Position numbers and translations under genes: made by a program
Assembly: GCA_027310185.1 (NCBI GenBank)
Contig: DAIDBH010000006.1
Location: 160,001 to 224,000 of the forward strand
DNA from: Thermoplasmatales archaeon
Lineage (GTDB): Archaea > Thermoplasmatota > Thermoplasmata > Thermoplasmatales > Thermoplasmataceae
Length of the DNA stretch: 64,000 nt
Direction: 5' to 3'
Notes under the pieces: model-generated
Told to the model about the DNA's origin: nothing
The model's input: the letters and a program-made list of their open reading frames with translations, nothing else
The model's database searches: none
Part shown: one piece after another, positions 1-10,714 of the stretch
Layout of the letters: each line of letters opens with the position of its first letter
Numbering within the stretch: the stretch's first letter is position 1

Positions 1-402
1 TGGAATATCCATGGTTACCCTGAATTCTGCCTTGAATTCTGGATTGTCAACACATGGAAATGCATATCTGGCACCTGTGGCTTCAAACTGTGTACTGACG
101 AATACAAATCCATTTTCTCTGGAATAGTATATTCCATTGAGACTCTCATCGATCTTCCCTGAAAAATATATCTCAATTTCAAATTTACCAGCATATGGTA
201 CCAGACATTTGATCAACTGTTCTTCCTCATCTGCTTCGAATGGAGTTTCCTTTCCATTCACCATGAAACTCTCTATGGCTATCCCCGAATAATTCAACCA
301 TATAGATTTGTCTGATTCCCCGGATATGGTTTCATGCCCTGAAAATCTCAGTTTTTCAACGTCTATTTTATAATGTATATCATATCCTGATATCTTTTTC
401 AT
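1..402 (-). CDS. M1-family aminopeptidase (tricorn-interacting factor F2/F3-like), N-terminal part; runs off window
   Basis: Manual translation from ATG at 402: MKKISGYDIHYKIDVEK...GKIDESLNGIYYS...STQFEATGARYAFPCVDNPEFKAEF. TQFE-x-x-x-AR-x-AFPC-x-D-x-P-x-x-KA is the M1 N-terminal signature. Not in the ORF track because it is truncated. Confidence 0.9.
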   Translation of the reverse strand, partial: MKKISGYDIHYKIDVEKLRFSGHETISGESDKSIWLNYSGIAIESFMVNGKETPFEADEEEQLIKCLVPYAGKFEIEIYFSGKIDESLNGIYYSRENGFVFVSTQFEATGARYAFPCVDNPEFKAEFRVTMDIP

Positions 403-449
403 AAGATTCCATAGAATGATTATATATAAAAAATTACGGTACAGGTTTT

Positions 450-1454
450 ATGAGCATAATAATAGATACTGACTGTACTGACTACGATCCTGAAACCCTT
501 AAGCCAGGCATAGAAGTTCTTAAGAAGGGAGGTACAGTAATCTTTCCCACAGAAACTGTCTACGGGTTGGGTGCCGATGCAACTTCTGATTCTGCATGCT
601 CCAGGATTTTCACTGCGAAGGGAAGACCACAGGATAATCCACTAATAATTCACCTAAGCGACACCAGTAGTCTTAACAGATACAGTTACTGGGATGGAGT
701 TGAAAAAGCGGAGGAACTTGAAAAATTGTGGCCCGGTCCACTGACCGTAATCGTGAAGAAAAGGGAGATGATTTCATCCGTTGCAAGTGCAGGTCTTGAT
801 ACCATTGGGGTGAGAATACCTGACTGTAATTTCACGAGAGACCTCATAAGGAAAGCGGATCTGCCAGTTGCTGCTCCCAGTGCCAACATTTCAGGAAGAC
901 CCAGTGCTACATCTATTTCACATGTTAAGGATGAACTTTGGAACAGGGTTGATTTGATGTACAATGCTGGTAAATCAAGAATTGGAATAGAATCGACGGT
1001 GATCCTGCCAGAGGGAGAAAAGTGCACGATCCTGAGGCCGGGTGCCTATACTGAAGATGATCTTCTCCTGATATTCAGAAAGGTAGAATATGCAAAAACT
1101 GGGGAAAGAATCATGTCTCCTGGAATGAAATACAGGCACTATTCCCCCTCTAAAAAGGTTTACAGGGCAGATCCGAATAAACTGCTCAGGGTGCTTGAAA
1201 ACAGGAAGAATATCCTGCCCATAGTATCTTCAGAACTTGGACAGATGATCAGTGGAGATAAACTCATCCTTGGGAGTCGCAGTGATCCAGTTTCCATTTC
1301 CAGTAATCTGTACCACTGCCTGAGAAAACTGGATGAAACTGACTATCAGGAGGGTATAATTGAGAGTTTTGAAGAAAAAGGTTACTTTATCTCAATTATG
1401 AACAGGGTTAATAGGGCATCTGTTCCAGTCACTGAACTGGAGGATTTTAGGTAA
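450..1454 (+). CDS. sua5: Threonylcarbamoyl-AMP synthase (Sua5)
   Basis: FPTETVYGLGADA, KGRPQDNPLIIH, AAPSANISG, GIESTV and the SPGMKYRHY linker, followed by the C-terminal SUA5 domain. Confidence 0.95.
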   Translation: MSIIIDTDCTDYDPETLKPGIEVLKKGGTVIFPTETVYGLGADATSDSACSRIFTAKGRPQDNPLIIHLSDTSSLNRYSYWDGVEKAEELEKLWPGPLTVIVKKREMISSVASAGLDTIGVRIPDCNFTRDLIRKADLPVAAPSANISGRPSATSISHVKDELWNRVDLMYNAGKSRIGIESTVILPEGEKCTILRPGAYTEDDLLLIFRKVEYAKTGERIMSPGMKYRHYSPSKKVYRADPNKLLRVLENRKNILPIVSSELGQMISGDKLILGSRSDPVSISSNLYHCLRKLDETDYQEGIIESFEEKGYFISIMNRVNRASVPVTELEDFR

Positions 1455-1496
1455 AAAAATTTAAACTAAAGGTTCATAGGGTCAAAAAGTGACCTG

Positions 1497-2831
1497 ATGG
1501 TCGAACAGAAGGAGTATCCGGTAAGCTACAGCAGGAGGTGGCGTTTGTGGTATCTAGCTTACATTTTTTCCAATATGTCGGCGGGACTCCTTACCCCTAT
1601 GATTCCACTGTTCATTTCACTTTATTTCAGGCAGAACGTTGTCTTCGTGGGTATCGCATCATCCCTTTCATCCCTGTCTTCTGTCGTTGCCCTGATCCTC
1701 TGGGGAAATATATCGGATAATGTGAGGAAGAGGAAAGTTTTCATCCTTATAGGTTTCATGGGCTCATTCCTTTCCCTTTTCTTCATTATGTTTACCACGA
1801 ACATACTTGACTACATAGGGATACTTGTGGTTTACCAGTTCTTTGCCATGGCTTCTGTTCCTGTATCAACACTGCTCGTTATAGAGAATGAAATTGAGAG
1901 CCAGTGGTCCAAGACTGTGGCCGTGTTCAGTGCAATTTCTACAGTAGGAACGGTGGTTGGACTTACACTCGGACTTGTTATTGTTGTTAGAAATCCCTCA
2001 TCCATTGAAATACTGAAGGATATCTATCTTATTTCTGCATTCATCTACCTCATAGCCTTCATACTTGCCTATTTTTTACTTAAGGAATCATCCACAAAAA
2101 TAAGAAGGTCGAGGATACAGAATATATTCTCAGTGAGGGGTTTTGAAAGAACAAGATATGCACCATCTTACGTGATACATATCGTAAAACTTTTCGGAAA
2201 AAAGAAAGGTGTAAAAACAAGCAGGTCGCTCATGTTATACATAATCCTGTGTGGTTTGCTCATGGTTGGTTTTCAAACATTCTTCACGCCCTACCCTGTT
2301 TTTCTGATTGATAAATACAATGCTACAGAGGATATAGTTTACATAATGTACCTGCTTAACAGTGCATTTTCTGTAGTCTCATTTAATCTATCAGGGAACT
2401 ACATAAGGAAAAGAAGCTTGCAGAAAGCTATATACATTCCTCTTGCAGTAAGAATGATAGTGTTCGCTGCCACCAGCATAATTCCCTTCCTTGGGTTATA
2501 CTCCTTTGGCTACATGATCCTGATTATTCTCATTTATGGGGCCATGGGATTTGTCTGGAGCTATATCAGCATAACCCAGATAACATCAGTTACCACAATG
2601 GCAGACAGGGAAACCAGGGGAAGGGCAATTGGTTATTATAATTCAATCCTTGGTGTTGGACAGATTATTGGTGCATTCATATCAGGATATATTGTAATAT
2701 ATCTTGGTTATGGAGGGGATTTCATGATTGCAGCTATAATAGTTGCAATTGGTTACATGGGATCGTTAAAAATTAAGGCCGGAATTAATCAAACCAGCAT
2801 TTCCAGAGGAACTGCTGTTGCCTCAAAATAA
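1497..2831 (+). CDS. MFS transporter
   Basis: About 12 hydrophobic segments; motif A-like WGNISDNVRKRK; RGRAIGYYNS near the C-terminus. Confidence 0.88.
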   Translation: MVEQKEYPVSYSRRWRLWYLAYIFSNMSAGLLTPMIPLFISLYFRQNVVFVGIASSLSSLSSVVALILWGNISDNVRKRKVFILIGFMGSFLSLFFIMFTTNILDYIGILVVYQFFAMASVPVSTLLVIENEIESQWSKTVAVFSAISTVGTVVGLTLGLVIVVRNPSSIEILKDIYLISAFIYLIAFILAYFLLKESSTKIRRSRIQNIFSVRGFERTRYAPSYVIHIVKLFGKKKGVKTSRSLMLYIILCGLLMVGFQTFFTPYPVFLIDKYNATEDIVYIMYLLNSAFSVVSFNLSGNYIRKRSLQKAIYIPLAVRMIVFAATSIIPFLGLYSFGYMILIILIYGAMGFVWSYISITQITSVTTMADRETRGRAIGYYNSILGVGQIIGAFISGYIVIYLGYGGDFMIAAIIVAIGYMGSLKIKAGINQTSISRGTAVASK

Positions 2832-5192
2832 TTCTACTGTATAATTCATCCCTTCCCATCTATTGCTTTTCTTCCAGAAGAATGTAAATTCCAGCTGAGT
2901 TTCAGTTTTAATTGTGGAAAGATCAACCTCAATATAGTGGACCTTGCTGAATATGCTCCTTGACTGGATGTCACTCATATCTTTCCAGTTGTTTCCTGTT
3001 AATCTTATGAAACAATCTTCACTAAGAATAAACATTATGGAGGATTTTGACTTCAATTTCTTTATCTTGTTCTTGAAACTCCATATATCTTCATTTATCA
3101 AGATCTTGCGTTCAACGTACCTTGAATACGCTATCTCATTCCTTTCAAATGGCTTCCCATTTTCTATTGCCCAGCAGAGTTTGACGTATTCCGCATGAGC
3201 CCATACCAGAGGCATTGCAGAACCTGATGGTCGACCATTGTACAGGCCTCTTGCCGGGATATCATCTGCATCCCATATCTGCTCAGGTATCATTCCACCA
3301 ACATTGGTATCTTTTTCCATTGTGTGAAGTAATTGTAACGCATCACCCATGTTTCCTCTTGAAATTTCATAATGTGCTCTTTCCCCTGACAACAGCGGCC
3401 ATCCACGACCATGCCCTGTACCGTTAAATCCAGTCCCATCATCATGTTCTCCATATCCATCATGATTATACCTGTGCCATACTGGACCTGATTTTGTTTC
3501 TGTTTTAAGTTCACCATCTATGATCTTGACTGTGTTTAAGATGCCTTCATGATCATGAGGTCTGATGCCGAATCTCACCAGTGATAATACTCCAGTGCTC
3601 ACTATCTCCTCGGTTTTCACGAGTGAGGATGACCATGGCCTGTTTTTTATGGGGATATAATCGTTTGATTGCTTATCCTGATCCACCTGTGAGATCCTGA
3701 CAAAATGTCCGGATACACCGTACTTGCTATCCAGGTCTGAATTTTCCCTGTACAGCCATCTTTCAATATTGCTGCTGTATATATCTGCAACAAGCTGAAT
3801 TTTATTTGATTCCTCGTGGAAACCAAGCTGATCAATCATTTCGGACCCATAGCAAAGAGCCGAAATTTCAACAGCTATTGTGAAACTTGAATATCCACCA
3901 TCCTCTTCCCATCTGTCCTGATCAGTAACCGGGCCATTAGCCACAATGAATGATATTGCCCTGATCAGCATTTCACTGAAGTTCTCAAGCTTGACGTATC
4001 CTCGTTTCCACAGGTTATACAGGAGCACTACTGGAAAAGCAGTTTCATCCATCTGGATTCCTCCCCAGTACTGCTTCCCATTTAGCCACATATTCTGGGG
4101 CCAGTGCCCATCAGATTCCTGTGTTGACTGGAGATATCGCAGTGCATCAACAGATCCGTCAATATCTCCAAGGATGAGAAGCGCCTGAGCTGCCTCAACC
4201 ATGTCCCTTGGCCATATGAGGTGGTAACCACCCAGGTCATCATCACCCTTGAAATTTCCCCATGGAATTGAGAGACTTGCTATTATTCCTCCAGCCAGTG
4301 GCTCCTTTGACACGTGAGTTCTTATTACTGCGAGGCTTGGTTCCAGCAGGTCATATTTTTTTTTCACAAGGATGTTCTTTGCAGTATATTTTTTGTATGT
4401 GACCCAGTGCTGCACATAATCATTGAGAATACTTTCCCAGTTAAGGTTGCTTGATTTCAATACTTTAAGAGCGGCCTCTTCCATGGTGGTTCCGAATGCG
4501 ATGTACATGTTAAATGTATCTTGCTTTTCAAGTAGTATTTCTGTAGTTATTGCCACGTTGCCATCGGTTGCGGAACTGAATTCATAGGTCATCGTCCTAT
4601 TGTTAGTGATATCCTGGAACCCGTCAGAATATCCCGAGAACCCACAGCTCATCTTGCCAGATACATCAGGTATGTAGAGGGCCATAAACATGCCCTCCTT
4701 TGATGCAAATTGCATTCTTCTTCCCTTGTAGTTCCCGTTCCATGCAGTATTCCCCATTCCGCCATTCATTAGATGTGGAGAGAGCAGTGAATATAGAAAG
4801 AAACTATCATTCGGGTCCTTCCTGGAGAATACAATATGCTGTACCAGCACATCATTCTCGCTATCTATGAACACTGTCTTATCAATCTTGAAGTGGAGGT
4901 CCTTATCCTCATTGACTATCTTAAAGGCAGGAATTCCTTCCTTTACCCACTGTATGCTGTGAATTGTACCCCTTCTTTCCTCATAAAAAAATTTTCCATC
5001 TGTAATCAGGAGCTGATGATCCCTGATCTGTGCTGTGTCTACTCCGGGATAATATATCTCATTTACAATTCCATGTGATACTGTAAAATGTATTCTTGAG
5101 CACCTTCTGAGAGATGTTCCAACTCCTTCCTTTGCGCTTGATGTCCATCTGGGTGATATGCCTGGCTTCCCAAATGCTTCCCCTGAATTCAT
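2823..5192 (-). CDS. GH15 glucan 1,4-alpha-glucosidase (glucoamylase/glucodextranase type)
   Basis: AFGKPGISPRWTSSAK N-terminus; GGYHLIWPRD; QDRWEE (catalytic acid); MIPEQIWD; GSAMPLVWAHAEY. Confidence 0.92.
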   Translation of the reverse strand: MNSGEAFGKPGISPRWTSSAKEGVGTSLRRCSRIHFTVSHGIVNEIYYPGVDTAQIRDHQLLITDGKFFYEERRGTIHSIQWVKEGIPAFKIVNEDKDLHFKIDKTVFIDSENDVLVQHIVFSRKDPNDSFFLYSLLSPHLMNGGMGNTAWNGNYKGRRMQFASKEGMFMALYIPDVSGKMSCGFSGYSDGFQDITNNRTMTYEFSSATDGNVAITTEILLEKQDTFNMYIAFGTTMEEAALKVLKSSNLNWESILNDYVQHWVTYKKYTAKNILVKKKYDLLEPSLAVIRTHVSKEPLAGGIIASLSIPWGNFKGDDDLGGYHLIWPRDMVEAAQALLILGDIDGSVDALRYLQSTQESDGHWPQNMWLNGKQYWGGIQMDETAFPVVLLYNLWKRGYVKLENFSEMLIRAISFIVANGPVTDQDRWEEDGGYSSFTIAVEISALCYGSEMIDQLGFHEESNKIQLVADIYSSNIERWLYRENSDLDSKYGVSGHFVRISQVDQDKQSNDYIPIKNRPWSSSLVKTEEIVSTGVLSLVRFGIRPHDHEGILNTVKIIDGELKTETKSGPVWHRYNHDGYGEHDDGTGFNGTGHGRGWPLLSGERAHYEISRGNMGDALQLLHTMEKDTNVGGMIPEQIWDADDIPARGLYNGRPSGSAMPLVWAHAEYVKLCWAIENGKPFERNEIAYSRYVERKILINEDIWSFKNKIKKLKSKSSIMFILSEDCFIRLTGNNWKDMSDIQSRSIFSKVHYIEVDLSTIKTETQLEFTFFWKKSNRWEGMNYTVELF

Positions 5193-5233
5193 ATTCCACC
5201 ATTCTCCCCAATATTAAATATTGATCGCATAAT

Positions 5234-6349
5234 TCAGATGTATAGGTCCAGGTTATCCCCGTAGATTATCTTCATTACCTTTCCAATGCGTTCTTCTAGC
5301 TCTTCAGTACTGAGTGCAGTCAAACAGACGTGACCCATCTTCCTCTTCTTTCTGACCTCCTTCTTCCTGTAGTCATAAACCCTTGTGTTCCCAAGCTTCA
5401 GTATTTCATTCAACTGACTTTCGCTGAGGGAAAGACCGATGATGTTCACTATTCCTGATGGAACATATGTGGAGGGCTGAAACACTGGGAGTCCCAGTAC
5501 ACATCTAACATGCATCTCAAACTGTGAATAGCTTGAACCCATGAGTGTGTGGTGACCGGTGTTATGAACCCTCGGTGCATACTCGTTTATCAATGGTCCT
5601 TTCCCTGTCAGGAAGAACTCTATGCCCATTACACCTATATAGTCAAGTTCATTCACCAATCTACGTGAAATTTCAATCATCTCTGATCTCAGCTCACTAT
5701 TATTTATGGGGGAACTGTTCCATATGAGGATTCCCTTATTGTTCATGTTATAGGAAGGTTCATAGAAATAAAAGTTATTATTTTCATCCCTTGCACATAT
5801 TATGGATGCTTCACTCTCATAATCCACAAACTTTTCAACGACGAAAATATCGTCTGAATCAGCTGGGAAACTGCTCATGTCATAATAATAGTACTGTCCC
5901 TTCCCGTCATATCCGCCCTCAGACCTCTTGATCACGAACTTTTCCATAGTACCTGCCACTTTCAGTGCTTCCCTGCCTCCATGAGCAACAATGAACTCAC
6001 CAACTGGAAAATTCCTAGATTTCAGGAATTCCTTCTCCAGATGTCTCTGCATTTTTAGTTCTACTGATTTTATTGACGGCCTCAGCTTTCCCTCCTGTTC
6101 TGCATATTCCAGAAGTTTCCGGTTTATATGCTCAAACTCAAAGGTGACAATATCACTTTTATCCACAAATTCCCTGTACTGATCCACTGTGTACGATCTA
6201 TCAGAAATCGAAACAGCCGGATCTGTTATATTTTCAGAATATACATTGAACTTTACAGGCAGACCCCTCGATTCGAGTATCATCATTGTTCCAAGCTGGC
6301 CAGCGCCTGCAATGCCTATGGTCTTATGGCAATCTTGTGTTTTCAACAC
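5234..6349 (-). CDS. purK: N5-carboxyaminoimidazole ribonucleotide synthase
   Basis: [42 protein letters not shown]; overlaps purE. Confidence 0.95.
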   Translation of the reverse strand: MLKTQDCHKTIGIAGAGQLGTMMILESRGLPVKFNVYSENITDPAVSISDRSYTVDQYREFVDKSDIVTFEFEHINRKLLEYAEQEGKLRPSIKSVELKMQRHLEKEFLKSRNFPVGEFIVAHGGREALKVAGTMEKFVIKRSEGGYDGKGQYYYYDMSSFPADSDDIFVVEKFVDYESEASIICARDENNNFYFYEPSYNMNNKGILIWNSSPINNSELRSEMIEISRRLVNELDYIGVMGIEFFLTGKGPLINEYAPRVHNTGHHTLMGSSYSQFEMHVRCVLGLPVFQPSTYVPSGIVNIIGLSLSESQLNEILKLGNTRVYDYRKKEVRKKRKMGHVCLTALSTEELEERIGKVMKIIYGDNLDLYI

Positions 6350-6806
6350 TTTCCCTTTCCTTTTCCATGTAATTTCTCATCTTGAAGGCCAGTTCCGGAT
6401 ATTTCAGGGAGAGAATCCTTACTGCCAGAAGGGCAGCGTTTTTGGAATTGTTGATCGCAACTGTTGCAACAGGTATGCCAGAGGGCATCTGCACAATAGA
6501 AAGGAGTGAATCGATCCCCTTAAGTGCCTTTGTCATGATTGGAACCCCTATAACTGGCAGGTTTGAGATCGCGGCTACCATTCCCGGGAGATGGGCGGAA
6601 CCACCTGCACCGGCAATAATAACCTCGATTCCTCTGGAACTTGCCTTTTCCGCAAATTCATACATCATCTTTGGAGTTCTGTGTGCTGACACAACCTTTG
6701 ATTCACAATCCACCTGAAATGAACGCAAAACTTCACATGCTTCTTTCATGACTTCATAATCTGACTGACTGCCCATTATAACTGCAACTTTCGACAAATG
6801 TTTCAC
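6324..6806 (-). CDS. purE: N5-CAIR mutase
   Basis: [40 protein letters not shown]. Confidence 0.97.
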   Translation of the reverse strand: MKHLSKVAVIMGSQSDYEVMKEACEVLRSFQVDCESKVVSAHRTPKMMYEFAEKASSRGIEVIIAGAGGSAHLPGMVAAISNLPVIGVPIMTKALKGIDSLLSIVQMPSGIPVATVAINNSKNAALLAVRILSLKYPELAFKMRNYMEKERESVENTRLP

Positions 6807-6873
6807 CTCTACAGCAACTTAATTTCCATATTGCTTTATGTCTTATTACTTCAATATAATTTATAATTATTTA

Positions 6874-7674
6874 TCAAAAGTTCTTCCAGAGTTCGTATTT
6901 TTTCCTTTTATCTAAATTGACACGACTCAATTCATAGTTTTCAGGAATGCACGTATTCTTCATAACTTTTGGATGAGATGGTATTTTTATTATGATGTAA
7001 ACGTGCTCACTTTGGAGTTTTTCCAGATCACACAGGAATTTCTTAAAATGCTTTTCCTGTTCTGTCTTGATCGAGCTTGAGTTGTTACCGGAACTGTATT
7101 TTCTGAGATTCAGGAATAAAAAGTCATTTTCTGATAAATCTCCCCGGACAGCTTCATAACATCCCCTCTTCATCTCAATTTTCTGTAGCATCCTGGAAAA
7201 TTCAACTATTTCTGTTTCAGTTGGGAATTCAAGGTTCCTTTCACCTGTTGATGAACGTTTTAAAATTCCCGATATACCTGTACTGTTATTTCCAATGGCA
7301 TTCAATATATTTATTTGCAGGTAGGTCACTGCCTCTTCCATTGTCCTGTGGTTCCTGATCTCCTTATATCTCTTTTTCAATGCCAGAAGTGCCCCTCTTG
7401 TTCTTCCCCTGTAACTGCCTTCAAATGCATAATAAAACTCCTCCGGCATACTTTTCACATGTTCATATAAGTTTATGAGGCTATCATCCGGATCAGATAG
7501 CATTGGACACACCAGTTTTCCTTCCTGATTTAGATCAATAAATGTCTGCATTGAACCGCAGAACGGATCGATATAATGATTGAAATCCCGCGGGATTAAT
7601 CTTTTGATGTAATCCGAAAGTTCTACTCCTGTCTCATCGTTTATAATCGGTCCAGTCAATGTATTGATATTCAA
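6874..7674 (-). CDS. Dam/D12-class DNA adenine methyltransferase homologue with degenerate catalytic motif
   Basis: IPRDFNHYIDPFCG (motif I-like) and SDPDDSLINLYEHVK (motif II region) match Dam; NDFLFLNLRKY sits where GDFVYLDPPY is expected; TTG start. Confidence 0.7.
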   Translation of the reverse strand: MNINTLTGPIINDETGVELSDYIKRLIPRDFNHYIDPFCGSMQTFIDLNQEGKLVCPMLSDPDDSLINLYEHVKSMPEEFYYAFEGSYRGRTRGALLALKKRYKEIRNHRTMEEAVTYLQINILNAIGNNSTGISGILKRSSTGERNLEFPTETEIVEFSRMLQKIEMKRGCYEAVRGDLSENDFLFLNLRKYSSGNNSSSIKTEQEKHFKKFLCDLEKLQSEHVYIIIKIPSHPKVMKNTCIPENYELSRVNLDKRKKYELWKNF

Positions 7675-7699
7675 ACATTCTATAAATGGACTGGTGTTT

Positions 7700-9352
7700 T
7701 CACTCCAGTTTCTCCTTTAGTAGTGAGGTGATATATCCCTTCACCTGGCTGAAGTTCAGCTTTGGAGGCATTGGAGCTTCATCAGGATCTATAACAATAT
7801 CGACGATTGTTGGTTCATCCTTCATGGACAGGCTTTCCTTTATGGCAGGCTCCAGCTGATCATATTTTTCAACCCTGAATGACTTTATTCCAATTGCCTC
7901 TCCTATACTGGCAAAATTCAGGGGAAATAAATCAGTGCCAAAATTCGGGAATCCCATGACTTCTTCCTCAAACTTTATCATTCCCAGCTCGGAATTATTG
8001 AAAACGAACAGCTTAACCGGCCTCTTATATTTCCTGATTGTTACAAGCTCTGGCATTGACATTGCAAAGCTGCCATCTCCTATGAGTCCTATAACCTGTG
8101 CGTCAGAAGAAAATGATGCTCCAACCGTTCCAGGTATTCCTATCCCCATGCTTCCCAGCCACGATGAATAGACAAATTTTCTTCCAGGGTTTGTTCTGAA
8201 GTTCCTGACACCCCACACCGTAACATTTCCTGTGTCCACAACAACCGTTGCATTATTATCCGCATACTTGGAGATTATGGCAGGAACTGATTCTGGATGG
8301 ATGAGACCACTATCAAACTGTTCTTTCTTTTCCAGGCTTTTTATCCATTCTGTTTTTACTGACTCAATTGAACTGTAATATTTTATTTCCTTTGAACCTA
8401 CATCAATCTTGCTGAGAAATGTCTCAGTATCACAGATCAGTCCTATATCAGATCTCCTTCGCTTACCAATTGATAGCGGGTCCGTATCTACCTGTATTGT
8501 TACCAGGTTTTCCGGTATGAACTGCACATATGGATAGGATGTGCCCAGCATTATGATAAGATCTGCCCCTTCAATTGCCCTCATGGAAGGTTTCGTTCCA
8601 AGTAAGCCCAGACTACCTGCAACTCTCCTGTCAAGATCATCAACTATTCCCTTCCCGTTAAGAGCGTAAATTATGGGTGCTCCGATTTTCTCTGAGAACT
8701 CCATAATCTTCTCGCCGCATTCCCGTGCACCCTTGCCGATGAATAAAACTGGTTTTGTAGACCCTTCTATCATGGTTTTAACCCGGGTAAGATCCGGGTC
8801 GTATTGAGGGGCTTCAGGAGACTGTTCCATTATCTGCTCATTATACTGAGATTGCAACCTCATTATATCTGCAGGAAGCGTCAGGTGTGATACACCATGA
8901 CGGTACTTTGCCTCCCTGAATGCTCTTTTAGCTATTTCCTGAGCACTGGCGGGGTTTAGAACTTCCGTGCTGTATACTGAAACATCCTGAAAGATTGAAC
9001 CCAGATTCACCTCCTGGAAATAATCCGTTCCAATTAGGTCTGTCTCCACCTGTCCAGTCAATGCGATCACCGATGAGTGATCCATTTTTGCATCATATAG
9101 TCCATTAAGAAGATGAATCGACCCGGGACCACTTGTTCCCATGCATGCCGTGACTTTTCCAGATATCTTTGATTCAAAGGAAGCGGCAAGGGCTGCTCCT
9201 TCTTCATGCCTTACTTGAATGAACTTAATCTTACCATTCTTCCTTATTGCGTCCATTACTGGATTTAAAGAATCACCCGGTATGCCGTATATCCTTTCAA
9301 CTCCGAGATTGGAAAGAGTATCTATTATGACTTCTGCTGTTGTTTTTCCCAT
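7700..9352 (-). CDS. ThDP/FAD-dependent pyruvate oxidase / pyruvate dehydrogenase (PoxB-like)
   Basis: YGIPGDSLN, VRHEEGAA, TSGPGSIHLLNGLYDAK, TDYFQEV; ThDP motif GDGSF...NN. Confidence 0.9.
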   Translation of the reverse strand: MGKTTAEVIIDTLSNLGVERIYGIPGDSLNPVMDAIRKNGKIKFIQVRHEEGAALAASFESKISGKVTACMGTSGPGSIHLLNGLYDAKMDHSSVIALTGQVETDLIGTDYFQEVNLGSIFQDVSVYSTEVLNPASAQEIAKRAFREAKYRHGVSHLTLPADIMRLQSQYNEQIMEQSPEAPQYDPDLTRVKTMIEGSTKPVLFIGKGARECGEKIMEFSEKIGAPIIYALNGKGIVDDLDRRVAGSLGLLGTKPSMRAIEGADLIIMLGTSYPYVQFIPENLVTIQVDTDPLSIGKRRRSDIGLICDTETFLSKIDVGSKEIKYYSSIESVKTEWIKSLEKKEQFDSGLIHPESVPAIISKYADNNATVVVDTGNVTVWGVRNFRTNPGRKFVYSSWLGSMGIGIPGTVGASFSSDAQVIGLIGDGSFAMSMPELVTIRKYKRPVKLFVFNNSELGMIKFEEEVMGFPNFGTDLFPLNFASIGEAIGIKSFRVEKYDQLEPAIKESLSMKDEPTIVDIVIDPDEAPMPPKLNFSQVKGYITSLLKEKLE

Positions 9353-9440
9353 GTGTACACATGGTAATTATTGTATATTAATTGTGAGTGCAAAATTTTT
9401 TTATACCTGATGTTTACTTAAATCGATAAATATACCACAT

Positions 9441-10421
9441 TTACCTGCTTCTTCCAGAAACTGGAAATATCCTCATGGGTTCAAGTCTAAGTCTCAGGTT
9501 TTCAAAGATCTGGGTCCTTATGCTCTGGTCCATTATATTTGGGAACTCAATCATGACAAGATATGTATTCAGGGTAGTTTCATCAAGGAGAAATTTTTGG
9601 TCGTTACTCTTAATTCCCATCTTTTCCGTGATATCAAAAACAACTTTCCTTATTTCATCTGGCAGGACATGCTTCGGTACTTCGTATCTTATGGAAAAAC
9701 TTCCACTTTTTGGACCCAGTTGAAAAGCCCCGAGAGCTACTACCGCATTGGGTACATTGATTATCTCGTTACCATCTGTAAATATCTTTGTGTAATTCAT
9801 GGTGATATCTACAACCCTGCCCCTTATACCCTGAACGTAAAGCACATCCTTTGAGTAATATTTCTGGAAGAAAACTGCGAGCTGAAGCCCCATAAGGGAA
9901 CTGGAGCTGCTCCATGGAAAAATCCACACATCATCACCTGGCTTGAAAGGCCTTGAGATTTCCATCATTAAACCACCCAAAATATTCCCGATAATACTCT
10001 GACCAGCGAGCGCAATGAGAGCGGCTAGGAGGATACTGCTTGTAAGCAAAGAATCGATGTTGATACCAAGTGCTGATAGGATCACCACGAAAATTATGAA
10101 ATATGCAACGATGTTCATCACGTAGTTGATGATTACTGATCTTGCTGTGTTTCCCCTTACAGAGTAGTGGAGTTTCATCACTTTCCTGATCTGGAATATC
10201 AGGACCAGTGCAAAAGTAAGGGAAATTATGATCTCTAGAATTGCACCATATATGGATAACTCATACCTGATATAAAGAGGGACAGTTTCGGTGAAGTCGT
10301 ATGCTGCCTGATAAAATAGTTCAGCTTTTTTTACAAAATACGATATCCTCAATGTGTCCAGTAAAATTCCAAAAAATAGAAAGAAAGGGAACGAATACAT
10401 CAGGCCGCTTCGACTTCTCAT
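9441..10421 (-). CDS. Small-conductance mechanosensitive channel (MscS family)
   Basis: TM helices, then IALAGQSIIGNILGGLM..SRPFKPGDDV, GRVVDITMNYTKI, INVPN. Start moved to ATG 10421 to avoid overlap with the upstream ORF. Confidence 0.85.
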   Translation of the reverse strand: MRSRSGLMYSFPFFLFFGILLDTLRISYFVKKAELFYQAAYDFTETVPLYIRYELSIYGAILEIIISLTFALVLIFQIRKVMKLHYSVRGNTARSVIINYVMNIVAYFIIFVVILSALGINIDSLLTSSILLAALIALAGQSIIGNILGGLMMEISRPFKPGDDVWIFPWSSSSSLMGLQLAVFFQKYYSKDVLYVQGIRGRVVDITMNYTKIFTDGNEIINVPNAVVALGAFQLGPKSGSFSIRYEVPKHVLPDEIRKVVFDITEKMGIKSNDQKFLLDETTLNTYLVMIEFPNIMDQSIRTQIFENLRLRLEPMRIFPVSGRSR

Positions 10422-10428
10422 TTTTGAA

Positions 10429-10650
10429 TCAGTCCTGATTGGTTGTAGAAATGATGCACTGAGACATTGGAACACAGATTGTCTGTTTACTGGACTGATC
10501 TGGACTCTCAGTCTCAATTATGTATACTGCCTGATCAACCCCAATGAGCTTGCCTCTCATATAGAGTTCAGGCGTAAGACTCTCCTGATACTGGCCCAGA
10601 ATAAGAAATCTCACATTTTTACCCACAAGATCAATGACATTCATGTTCAT
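10429..10650 (-). CDS. Small Sm/Hfq-like fold protein (putative)
   Basis: DLVGKNVRFLI...YMRGKLIGVDQAVYIIE (Sm1-like) and TICVPMSQCIIST (Sm2-like); about 73 aa; ends 7 bp before the mscS start. Confidence 0.55.
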   Translation of the reverse strand: MNMNVIDLVGKNVRFLILGQYQESLTPELYMRGKLIGVDQAVYIIETESPDQSSKQTICVPMSQCIISTTNQD

Positions 10651-10714
10651 TGATTCATTTATGCTATAAAATCTATTCATTGAAGCCTAAAATAATGAGA
10701 ATGAAAATAAAAGA

